DNA of 61,177 bases from Catajapyx aquilonaris (lineage: Eukaryota). Below the pieces are notes generated by a model. The model made no database searches and was not told the origin of the DNA. It saw only the letters and a list, made by a program, of their open reading frames with translations. Positions 21,445 through 33,798 of this stretch are shown piece by piece. The position numbers and the translations under genes are program-made. The stretch spans positions 62,001 through 123,177 of the forward strand of contig JYFJ02000549.1 of NCBI GenBank assembly GCA_000934665.2, given 5' to 3'. Within the stretch, counting starts at the first letter, position 1, and the number at the start of each line of letters is the position of its first letter.

Positions 21445-23106
21445 TGGTTCAAAATGTTTACTCTTTACCTGACCATGAAGCAATATACACATGAAAATAA
21501 ACGGAATATATTTCCACACGTAAAGCGTGCTATGGAGCAATCTTACAGAAATAGCGTCAGTGCGTTAAGATTAGAAGAATGAAGGTGACCTTACATAGAA
21601 TGATAATGGATCTGAATAAATTGGAGCTGTCGCCGTGATGGAGCAATCGGCAAAGGAAGCGAAAACATCATCCGATTTTCATCAGAGGATGATAGCTGTT
21701 TGGCGTGATGATATCTTCCGACATGAGATAAATCAAATGCAGGTGCACGCAGCTCAAATGGGGGGCGAAGATGACTACAAGACTACCCTTGCTTCGCTGC
21801 TACGGCCCCAACAAATGTGGATATGTGTGAGAATGTGCTGGAGGACAGTATAATCAAAGTCATACCTCAGACCACCCGCTGATGATCGTCAGATGGTGCC
21901 CTTTCTTTATGTATATCTTAACTTTACAACGGCTAACAACACCAATTCCTTCAGATTCATGAATTTATTGGGTAGTATCACCTTCACACGTCTATCGACC
22001 TCAGCATACAGAGCAATTTCCATGAGATTGCATCACGGCCCCTTTTATGGTTGAAAGTAGTGCCTCTTTATTATCATTATTGCTTTATGATCATACTATA
22101 GCGGAGTACCCATGCTTCGCTGGGGTATGCATTTCTGCCATGAGATCCTTCGAAATTATATAAGTTATACTGTACTTTTTATTGATTGAATGATTAAGTT
22201 GCATGTAGCCCAAGCAACATAGTAAAGCTACCTGACTGTAATAAGAAATATACGATATTTCTTATAGAGTCAGGTAGTACATACAGAGGAAGCAGACAGG
22301 AAAGTCTGGTATCTCTCTTTGCCTGTGTCCTGTACCCCAAGAAGACCTTTCTGACTTGGGAAACACTGTCAGTATAGCAACCACCAGCAGGTTATATACG
22401 TATTCAATAACTTCTAATTTCTGCAATTATCCTGATGTGCATGAGCACCAGAAAAATCGAAATTACGATGATATTAAGAATTGCTAAAGTTTATCATAAA
22501 TTCTCCATGTCTCTGATCCATGTACTGAGATTTTTAGTTTTAAAACTATGCATGTCAGGAAGAGCGCCGTGTACTTTTAACACGTGGATGATGCGCTCTG
22601 CTGCAATAAAAATATGAAACATGTGCGACAAACTAGTCGTTGCGAGTTACAATGAGGCGAAGTACTTTCCCGACAAAAAGTTAGACAGACACCATGCCAT
22701 TTTTCGACATTTAACTATATATACAACAAAATTTCTGGGCCACACTCTGGTGATCATATGAGTATTGTCATATTGGAAATAATGTGACTTTCAGTCCCGA
22801 TAGTCTGTGTTACTCGTCGTAACCTTAAAACATTCTCATTATGCACATATAGATTTTTTCTATCTCGACGGTAGGCTGTCGGTATAGAAGATATGTTTAC
22901 CAATATAGGGTTTCAAAATATGGGACTGAAAAAATTTCCCAACTCTATAGCAGTTTGTATCTAGCCTACCCATTTAGCACTTCGTGTAGGCAAGCTGGTG
23001 AAGTAAATTCGAGATTTTGTCTGATTATTCGCAAGTTGGTCCGGACAAAAGGGGGGTTGATTGTCCTTCCGTCCTTCCTTTCGTCCTTTAATATATTTTT
23101 TTCATC

Positions 23107-23136
23107 CCTTCCTTCCTTCCTTCCTTCCTTTCTTCC
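23107..23136 (+). repeat. (CCTT)n microsatellite
   Basis: Direct inspection. Confidence 0.9.
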
Positions 23137-24791
23137 GTTTTTATCCCCCCTCCCTTATACGCTTCGATTCCGGCACGCCTTGTCTGTTTCCTGAACTCGT
23201 GGCCATTGCCTTTTGCTCCCGAGTGGGAGCCTTGGCCAAAACAGTTTTGGAGGATGCAGAGGAAGAAGTTGGAAGACGAAGAAGAAAGGTGGGATGCAGC
23301 GGAGAGGATGGGGGCGGGGGGTTCAATTTTCACGGCCGTGGGCTTCGCTTTCCACCTGGCCTCCCAGCCAAATCTCACGCAATATCGCACAGCTACCTAC
23401 CTCTTCCACATGGGAATTTTCCAGCATTATCGCACCTGCACAAGGTCTTCTCCATTTTCCACGGGAAAACTGCATGGCTACTGTGCTTGCTGCACATTAA
23501 AGTGTTGCCACTGCACAGATCTAGGACGTGGCATTAATCAACCATACTATTGCAAACAATGTTTCCAAACATAGTTCTTCAGCAGCATTACAGAGTGTCA
23601 TAACAATGCTTCTTGGAGAAATCTGTGCCGTACTGCTCTCGTTGCTGTTTGAAGTATGCGTCGAAGCTCGAAACTAACCACGATGGAAAAATGCCTTGTC
23701 AAATATACAATAACAGAAGTGACTTCGGGCGGCATTATCCTGGATTCCCGTATGCGTAGCTTGCCTGTCACTATACGGAACCTATATGTCCACCAGCATC
23801 ATGTGGTGCTCCTTCGACATGTAGGCTAGCCCCACAGGTGAGAAGTGAAGAATTCCACTTTAAAGACGTATAATAATATACGTCTGTTAATTATTACGGG
23901 GAGGTTACAACTATAGGTATACACAATAATACTGCAATAATAGTTCAGGAAAGCTTCTATAGAGTGAACTTCTGGGCACCAGAGGATTAAGTTATTTTAT
24001 GTTTATAGATGTGTCACGTGGTCTCCGCAGCCCTCTTTACCTGGATAATTCATTGGACTTCACACATAAGGTACCGTTATAAAAAAATATTCTGGAAGAT
24101 ATATTCCTCCCTCAGCACGACTTTTTAAATTCAAAATATTATGGGTGTTACCATACATATTTTAATTTAAACCGAGATCTCATTACTTGCCCAACCTCAG
24201 TGTAGTTCGGGACCACCCACAAAAAGTGGAGTGGTGAGGGTAATAAGCAAAATGCGATAAAAAATCCCCATTAAGATTATCTGTACTTTAGAATGGATAA
24301 TTATGAATCGCAACATTGGAGTTAGGGGAACACCAAAGTTGAAGTTGATTTAACAGTTAACAACTGAAATAAATATGATTACACCTTGGGCAGTGAATTT
24401 CCTTGGGGTCTGGTAAAAAGTGCTGCCACAGTGCCACTACGTTTATATGCTACTTAGCAGGACATTAATTTTAATACTGAACCTGAGGGGCCGCACACAT
24501 CTGAAGACGGCATTACTAAATTAATCGCAAAAAATCTACCACGGAATTTTAAAATGTGTATCACGGCTTGCAGATGTCAAATTTTCTGTGCATTTTAATG
24601 CAAGGATTTAAAAAACCATTTCACATTAATTGAATTGAAATTTTTATCGTAGCACATTGGACTGAGGTCTAAACAGACCATATCGTCACATTTTTATTAA
24701 TTTATAAATAACACTGTTATATTGCTGTACATCAAAGTGTAGCAATTTCAAAAAAAGTCGGCGAGCCATAACATTTTTAAACTCCGTGGTA

Positions 24792-24874
24792 GGGGGAGGC
24801 GTGGTGGCCCAGACGGTCACGTCTCGGCTTGCTGAGTGAAAGGTCCCGGGTTCCATCCCCGACCTGGGAGCTCC
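24792..24874 (+). mobile_element. tRNA-like head of the same SINE family as 20785-21122
   Basis: ggggaggcgtggtggcccagacggt (A-box) ... tcggcttgctgagtgaaaggtcccgggttccatcccc..cctgggag, closely similar to 20802-20848. Confidence 0.75.
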
Positions 24875-27800
24875 ACTTCTCCTATCTATTCTAAAGTCCA
24901 GATAATCTTAACGGTGATTTTTATCACATTTTGTTTATTACCCCACCACTCCATTTTTTTGGGTGGGCGAACGGCGAACTACACTGAGGATGGGCATGTA
25001 GGTGTAGCAGGCAGTCACCGAGGCGTTGGAAGTGTCGCAGGCATAAGATGTGGTATTATCATGGATTCTTCGATTACTTCCAATTTTCTTAGTAACAAGG
25101 ATGAGGAGACAAAATAGCATAGACGCCATAAAGTGATCCTGTAGTGCCCATAAGTTCGCCCTGAAAGTTTGCCTATCCTGATGTAGACTCCCATGGCTAC
25201 TTCACGTATAGGGGCGTCATGATTATACAATAAGAGAATCGTGTTCAATTGGGCAAACCGCAGGAAAAATTAATCAAACACCCGATATCTCACATTAAAA
25301 TTAATCATTTACTGAAGATGAAGGGGTATTTATACCTAACTTGACCATGCTCGCGTATAGCCTATAGCGCAGAAAATCGTTGGCCGAAACTCTCTTTTTT
25401 GAGATATAGGCCTACACGTAGTTGTACATCATTGTCTTGTTAGTTAAAAGTCAGTGGTTTTAATTTTAATTGCCTCAGACCGTCTCAGACATAGGCCTAC
25501 TGTTTAGACATGGCTTCACACCAGTGAAATTATGACATTACAGTGTACGAGCTAACAAGAATATCGACCCCGCAGTAAAGAAGCGAATCAAAAGATAGGC
25601 ACGCAGTATAGACATTGCACAAACTAATTATAATATGGTTCACAGAAATCCACGACGTATGTTATTTGAGGATCTTCAGCCATATAAACAATGGCTGCCT
25701 GGCAGAAGAGCAATTTATAACTACCTTAATAATTACTATAGTCTTTGTTACTTATACAGTATAGCCTACTCGTATTTTATAGACTATCCAACTCAATCTA
25801 ATGGCTCTAGATATATTATGTTTATTATAAAGAATGAACTAGGCTATATTGTCAGTTAAATTTAAACGCTCCTCAACAAGTATGGGTGGAGTTGTCTGTG
25901 TTTCATCCACCAGTGATGATTTAGAATGAGGACTCCAGTATGGGGTAACACGAGAGGGTGATGCATTTCCCAATCTCATAATGATCCGAGAGGGAGGATG
26001 AGGGAGAAGTTACGGATTGTATACCCCAACAATCGGTTTAAAGAGAAACAATAAAATAAGTGAATGTGGGCCGGATTTATGCAAAAAGTAACAATTTACA
26101 ATGGTTTCTGACAGAAACCACTGTAAATTTTTCTGTTACAAAAGAAGCTACTACTTTTCACAATTCCTCCTTCCTTGGGTGGTGCACTAATAGCCTATTT
26201 AGCATCCCATATTGTATAATATAACTGATTACAATATTTCACATCGAGGCTTATAAATGTCGTGATGGTGCGCGTGATGGTACTTTGGTAAATTGCTCGT
26301 AAATTCATCAACGTTGTTAATTTTCTAACAAAATTTTAGTTACCCCGTTATGGCCCATAAATACGGACCTTTAGGGGGACCTCAACCAGCTCACAATACA
26401 TATAGTAATAAGCTTCTGCATGAATTGCATATTTCATTTCTTGTAGAAAAACATCATTATTCACATAAATTCAGTACTACCCTCAATAATTCAGTAAAAA
26501 AAAAACAAGAAAAAGGCAAAGGCTCAACGTTGTAAATTGAAGAGCTGCAATATTTTAAAACATATGCCTAAATGACGTTATTAATATAATACCGGTATTA
26601 CATAAGCACCTGATGTAATATTAGGCCTACATTAATAAGTCATCTAGGCTACAGTTCATAATACCACATATTTTATTGATAGAAGTCTCTCTGGATTAAA
26701 CGTTACTTGCAACTGTGATTTGTCTTCGGTTATTATAAATTGCCTTATTGGTTCGTTCATTTGCCACACTGACCATTAAAAGTGTAAACTGATCAGGGCG
26801 GATCAGGGACACCCATCCTCTTTGTTGTAGCCTACAGCATTTGCCAGAAGCAAAGGACCATTCATTTTACTCATATGGTAAAATAGTACCATTTTCTCAT
26901 CAATGCTAGATCTCCAATCGTTTTAGCTCCGCAAGTTCTCATTGGCAGACTTTTATTTTAACCTGCTTCTATTCGTTTAAAAAAAGAGAAGAACTGTCCT
27001 CCCCATGGTCCTACCTGCCTTCTGGATGGTTTACATATCCACCCAAGAGATGGCAGGGGCAGCAGCAGAAAGCAACCATCTTGAACAGTGACGTCAGAAA
27101 ATAGGTTGGTTAAAAAGAAAAGGAGGCGTTATACGGCGCTCGGTGTATGGAAGGGCGGCAGGTGAGAGAGGGAGAGAAAGAACGATTCGGTGGCCACAAA
27201 AGGCCAACGAGAGGAAAGGGAAAGCTGGGCTGGCCCCCCTGCTGCCAGCCACAACTGAATCCTTGCTGGCTCTAGCCTACAGTACACACCAGTGTTGCTG
27301 ACCAACAACAAACAACATTTGCTGTCCATATCCGGACTGTTGATGCGGTGACTGGAGCCGTGCCGTTCTGAGGACCCCTGCCCGGTGCCGACTAGAATTC
27401 AAGTGAGTTTGACCATTGTACTCTTCTTCATACTTGAGCATGCTCCACTGTACCTCCATCGATGTGTCACAGCACACTTTTCACGGTTTGGGGATTTTTT
27501 GTCGTGTAACAATAATACTTTCGGTTAGGTACGGCTGTGTCTTCGGCAGGTTTCACCGAAACTTTGTTCTAATTAGTCTAATGATAAGGTTACGGACTAG
27601 CTCAAGATGGCGCTCATTTGTTGACGCCTATACATTGGACCAATTGGACCCCACCGCTATTTTGCATAAACGCACGTCCAAACTAAGGTTTGAGGAAAAC
27701 CTTCAAGCTCTTCCTATTCTGGACACACCATGTGGTCACTATAAAATGGCAATTTCATCTCATGACCATCATCTCTTTTATTACATCAGAGACATAAGAG

Positions 27801-28684
27801 GAAAATATTAGTCATGACATGACAAGCAGATGGGTAAATCCTTGAAGAAAACACCAACGCGCACGTACCCCACCTGTGCCTACGACCATACCTTTAGCTG
27901 CCAAAAAGAATGGAGTCGCAGCAAACAAACGGCACTCGTTGGGCTACTTCAGTGCCAAATGTATGCTTACGAAACCTTCACATATATTTTGATTCCAAAA
28001 ATATGACCTGATAACTATAACAAATGTGGCAGATCAAGTCATGGATATGGTGTAGGAGTACGGAGGTGTGGGTTTGCGTGGATTTTGCGTGGTCAGCAAA
28101 CACCCCGCCCTTTGCCCAAGGCCGTTGGTGTCCTCGTCCCGTTAACAGGAACCAGGGTCGGACGGGTTTTCTGACTGTGGACCGCCATATGGCGCTCTGG
28201 TTGCTCTCTACCCGCTGATATGTGTTTCGCAAAACGAGTCATCGAGATATGTCTCGGCAGAATACAGGTTTCATATCAAAGCAGGTTTTGGCAACAGGTG
28301 CTGAAGCAAGATTTCTGTCTAGAAACAATAGAGCACTATGCAGAGTGAGATAATTAACCTGGCTTGAAATCAGCTAATGGGTTTACTATAGTATGCCCGG
28401 GCTTTCTCACTGTAGACTATGCGCCTATGTGTTGAGGCAAAATAATTAGAAAGATGATTAGCAATATTTGAAAATCCCAAATGTCCAAAAGCATGTAACA
28501 CCATTAGCTCTTGGTAACACTAAAAGTGCCATTTAATTGAATAATACACATGAATATATTAGTGATAAGGTGACTTTTTATCCAGATCAATGCAACTGCT
28601 CCAGTTTGAAACTATCTCTCCTTAAAGTAAGGTTTAAAAATCCTTTGGTAACGCCCAAGCATGTTGACCCCGTCTGTAGTTGGA

Positions 28685-28777
28685 AGGAAATTATCGGAAT
28701 TTCCTCCAAACCACCTTGAAATAATCGCAATTGAAGATAATGACACCCCCTTTTTTCTGGCCTGCTGGTATAGACCA
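28685..28777 (+). mobile_element. Fragment of a LINE (CR1/L2-group) apurinic-like endonuclease
   Basis: Peptide HLEIIAIEDNDTPFFLACWYRP resembles the LE.I.IEI.....PF.V..WYRPP motif of LINE ORF2 endonucleases. Confidence 0.55.
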
Positions 28778-31378
28778 CTCATTTTGAACATTTGCTACCT
28801 GCAAACTACGGTAATCGTCGCGAAAAAAAGTAGGCAAATACTGACAAGTCGGACAAACGTCGAATCCTGTACCGTTGTGGGCTGGCGGCGTCCGTTTTCC
28901 GCGAATTCGACACCGTAAGAAAAAAAATCACATGTTGAGTTTTTCGCGAGAGCAAGAGAGGAATTAACCCTCCGTGACAGCTTGAAGCATAGGAACCTGC
29001 CTCACAAGTTGATCTTACTTGCAACGGGAATTAGCCTACTATTTAACTCGATATCAATGACGGATGTTCCTCAATATGGTTGCTGTGGATGGCCGCACCT
29101 GTCGAAGAAACATCTTCGGCAAAAAAAAATGTTGTGTTGTCTTAACTGCGCGGGCGATTTCAAGGGCGCATAGAAGAGGAAATGTGGAGACTTCGATGCT
29201 CGGGTGGAGCACGATCTCTTACACAACATCAGCAACACTACACAGTGAGACGTAACTCAGGTCCTTGACGTACCGGCAGTTTTTTTCTCTCTCTCGGCGT
29301 ACATTGAGTTGATATGGTCTGAAAAGAAAAAAGCCAGTTGTAAAGGAAATAAGCTTGCATTCGACCAATTTCCCATGCCAAATCGTGTATAGGAAGGCAC
29401 TCCTCTAATTTGCCTGCCTGTACGTCACGCCATGCTGGCAACCTTGCCGTCAGCGGAAGTTTGAGAGCTGAGAACCTCCTTGAGATTCAGAAAAATGTGG
29501 AGTGCTCTCTGAATGACGTGAACTCGTGTTATGCCATCTGAATAAGTAAATGCAGGAATTATTCACCAACACTTGCATTATATGTTAGGTGCAACAACAA
29601 CTATCAGTTCAAGAGAACCACCTGCAGAAAGGGAAAAAACTGGTGGTCAACGACCTCCGTGAGCTTCCTCTAAATTCCTTTACATTTTCGTTTCTCACTG
29701 AATGTTCATTACGGTATGGGATGCGATCAATGTTGTTCCATATTAGTTATCACTCATTTAACAGTGACCTGTCAGTAGTTCACTGAAAGTTAAATATTTT
29801 GTATCTCCAAATATAATTATTATGAGTAAACATTTTAAAAACTTGTTTATATGGACGTACAATACAAAGATGTCTTATCAAGCAAGAAAAACTGCTATTA
29901 TAAAGGCTTCGTCAAATGTCGCATTTCTTAAAAGCCCCCACATTTAACACGACACTTTTTAAAGCCCTACTCTCCCAGATGATGGATCATCAAAAAATTT
30001 ATTTTAACAATCTCTTTGTGTAAATACGTACTAGGCATTGGAATGGGCTGGACCGGGCTGGACGTAGTCGATATTATTACAGGTGGGCGACCGCTGACGT
30101 GATTCAGCCTTGCCCAACAAGGCAACTCAAGGTCGGACACTCTGAAACCTGTTCTTGGTATAGGTGTAACGACAGCTGTACTATAGAGGGCACATTTCTT
30201 AGGAGGACGGGTTTTTTTTTATTGTTAAGTCGCGGATCAGAACGTGGCCCGCCACTAATTGGGGACTTGCTAATTGACGCGCCATTTATCCCCGAATTCA
30301 GCCTGGCATTTCACTCCAGGCAATAGAAACTATTACGTGCCTAGGTTTTGCGGAATTCTGACCAAACCGTTTTTGCCACGAAGGAGCCAGAGTGCGTTGG
30401 TTGGTGCTCGTCATCCATTGTTGGCAGAATAGTGCACATTCGGAATGCGCGTTAAGGCACGTGAAGCAAAGAGCAAGAGTTACTAGTGCTGCTTTTGAAA
30501 CCTGGTTTAGTGAAGAAATAGGCAACTTTTACAGGAGAGAGTTGATACCGATTGGTATCTGTACAAGTGAGCTCATTTTTCAACTACTTTTAGATCATGT
30601 TGGCAGAAAACATAATGTCTTGTTACGGTTACTGACATGATTGGGAGGATTTGCGAAATGAACTTGAAGGGTTTGAATGAGATGTACTCTGTGGTACCTA
30701 AATTTTGGTAATACTTTAGGATCTTGAAATCTAGGAATCTCTTTTGGAATGAGGAAATGTGAGGGTGAATGATCGCAGAATCACGGAATCTTAGAATGTA
30801 GATTACATCAAGTAGTGAATTTCCATTAGTTATTCAGGTTCTCGTGAAAATGAGGCATAATTATGAAAGGTTTGAGACACTATAGTATAGTACAAGTACT
30901 TCAATTTAAAAGTTGGGGGTGAAGGTATGCACAGTTGGATCAAATATTCCTCAATCCGTTGATCCCGACTTCTTGTCTCAAACCCTCTTAATAATGCACG
31001 GGCATTACAGCACTACTGAATGACAATATCGTGGAGCCATGTCTGTGCCTATCCTTTATTTATAAGCCACTCGCCGGCGTACCGTAACTGAAAAAGGCCC
31101 CGTAAACTCCCCCTTTACGTCAGCTTTGTTACCATACAGGTACAGTTAGGTAAATTCTATTATTTTGTGTTTTCTCCTGGTCGAGACGTTGCGTGCTTCA
31201 GCCTAAGGCCTTGTTAAGTGCTTTTATGCCATCCATAAGGAACCGTTAGTGAGGACGTGTCCTCAGGCGCCATAATTTTTTTGTGTTCTAACGAAAACAA
31301 AATGACGCGTAATGTGGTAGTACAATCATGTTGGGATGTGATTATTACCTGGCAAGTAGACTACTGTACTGCAAGATA

Positions 31379-31466
31379 CAATGAAACCTGTGAAGTTGGA
31401 CATCTTGGACACCTCACTATGTTGGACATTTTGGAATGGTCAATGTCCAACATAGTGGTTTCACTG
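31379..31466. mobile_element. Short pogo/Tigger-like MITE with TA duplication
   Basis: ta|caatgaaacc..gttggaca ... tgtccaacatagtggtttcactg|ta; internal ttggaca repeats and a perfect 16-bp stem cactatgttggacatt/aatgtccaacatagtg. Confidence 0.75.
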
Positions 31467-33722
31467 TATATGTGTAACATTTGGCACCTATCATTTCTAT
31501 TTAACTAGGCCTATTTATCATTTTAAATCAAAGAGTCTCAAACTTATAAGTTTTATTGTTAAATAAAACACGATAGTTTTTGGTCTGCCTTTCGAGTGAT
31601 GCAGGACGTGTTCGTAGTTGGAGAAATACGTGCATACTGTATAAAGTACCCCTACAAGGCAAGCAAGTATGAAAATAGGATCTACTTTATAGCCCTAGGA
31701 AAAAAAAAATCTCGCACTTTATTACCCACTTTCGAAAGAAATATGCAGCCTCATGTACAACATGCGGTGATGCAATTTGCTGTATCAGCACAGAGTGTTA
31801 AGCAGTGTTGTTTAAAAATAGACTTACAGCAGGCCGCGGTAAACACACTACCGTAATCAACCCAGCATGTAGTACAGTTGTGGGTCACAATCAACATCAT
31901 GCAGGGCGCAACTAACAGAATAATTTTAGAAGTTCAGCATGCAGTATTTGTTACGCTGAACCGCAATGTATTTCCTGAGAAGGTATAGGCTAATTCTAAA
32001 AGCTCGCAAATGATCTATATTTATCATTTCATGTCCAGGAAAATATAACGCTTGGACCACCCACAGTGGTATGTTGTATTCTATATCTGTAAAAAAAAAA
32101 TTAGCCACATTGCTTTGTACAGTTTTTTACACCAGTGTGTTTCCGCTGAATGTACTGTACAATGAGGAACGTCCATTTAGCGTAAAATTGAGAATTTGAC
32201 AAATTCGCCAAGGAAGCCCGTTATCACGTCAAAGACGCTTTTTCTCTGAATTCTTTTTTGTTTGTCGCGTGCTGTGAAGAAACAACGCAATACAAGAGGG
32301 GAAGAGCAGTGTGACCGCAGTCAGGGTCCTTTTGCCTCCCTCAGGGTCACATATGAGTGCGATGACCCTGTGTTGAGAGCCATTCCAGGTCTAAACCGGA
32401 TTTAAAGCTGACCCTGCTTATAAGTATCCTACGAAAAGCTCAATTTTATCTCGCTACATTTGAATAGTTCCAGTTTGCCTGGTGTTCTCACATACTTTCT
32501 CGCAAAGCTAGCTTTTTCCCGAGCCTGAAAAAAAGGGATGGGTCGCTTGTGTTCGTATATTTAAAAGACGGTCAAGGCTACGTGGCTTGGCCTTCGGCTT
32601 TCTATCATACGATATCGTTATTTTTATTCGTGGCTAGTGGGCGAGGAATCCCGAAGAGAAAGTCGTGAATAATGCAAAATGATCGGTAGAGTTTATTCTT
32701 CTTATTGCAACATAAACAGTGGGTCGAACTAGTAGGAGGCGGTGAGAAGGCGCTCACTTATGTCATTCACGTGCCTTAATGACGATATGATTACCGTACA
32801 TGAAAGTTTCAACATACATGCTGATTTTTTTTGACTGCTCTTTAGGCTCGTTTGATCTTCAATAGTGCGATAGATGGCATGGTGATGGCATGGTGAAGAG
32901 CACAGGTGCAGCGTTGTTATTGCGAATTATTTTGTGAAAACAACATGTATTGTGGAGTCAGTTTCTAGTATGGCGATGCTGATATTCTTTTGTGGAATTG
33001 TTGTCAGTTGGGTGTTGCTGACTTATTTGTGGAAGAAATATATTAGTCCTGCGGAAGTATGATATTCGATGTCAAGGTATGAGGCTCTCACAGTGTGAAA
33101 AATTCTACACGCTGCCTATCAAACCATATACCAGAAAGTGTGTGGGAATTCCAGAACGGCAAGTAGTGTTACACTATACCTCAAAGTATAACCTACCTGT
33201 TAGATGATGTTGCAGCACTGTTGAGTGACTAGGTGAAATCCGCTAAGGAATCCACTCTATACTTGTAACAAAGTGTTACGCAGTATTTTTTCCATATTAT
33301 TTTACAAAATCTACAAATCCTACAGGAATTCCGATACAATACATTAAAAATTCAGATATATTTAATGTTTTTGATATTAGTAAGATCACCCAGGCGTGGA
33401 AACAATAATATACTTGTAATATGCATCAGTGCACGTACTACGCTGGGTTTTCAAAGGATGTTCTGTGTCCTGATTTCTAAAGTATGCATGTAAGCTGAGA
33501 CTTCCCTTCTTTTGATGTCGCATCGTATACAGAGGTCGTTAGAAATAGTCCTGAATATTGCTGCACAGGTGAGAAGGTTGGCGCCGTTGACCCCTCCCTG
33601 GCAATGAGGGTGAAGGTTAGCAATGCGGGGTCAGGTTGCAAGCGTGGAAGGCGAGAACCAGAGGAGAGAAAGATGAAGAAGCTTGAAGGGAAAGTCTGGG
33701 AGAAAGTTGGGCAAATTCTCTG

Positions 33723-33798
33723 GCCTCGATAGCTCAAGTGGTAAGAGCAGACCCATTCAATGTGGGGAAGGTCCCGGGTTCGAATCCTGGTCGAGGCT
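33723..33798 (+). pseudogene. tRNA-like cloverleaf with aberrant anticodon arm (tRNA pseudogene or repeat-embedded tRNA mimic)
   Basis: Perfect acceptor gcctcga/tcgaggc, D arm gctc/gagc, T arm ccggg-ttcgaat-cctgg; anticodon arm only ccca/tggg around ttcaatg, with one extra base on each side. Confidence 0.65.

Noticed and set aside
23061..23574. Several overlapping ORFs of 95-158 aa
   Set aside because: Arise from the CCTT microsatellite and purine-rich low-complexity sequence.
26596..26622. Partial match to miR-12 (acctgatgtaata) within a small hairpin
   Set aside because: Only 13 nt match, the seed end differs, and the hairpin is too short for a pre-miRNA.
27878..27892. gcctacgaccatacc, resembling the 5' end of 5S rRNA
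   Set aside because: Similarity stops after 15 nt; no internal A/C boxes follow.
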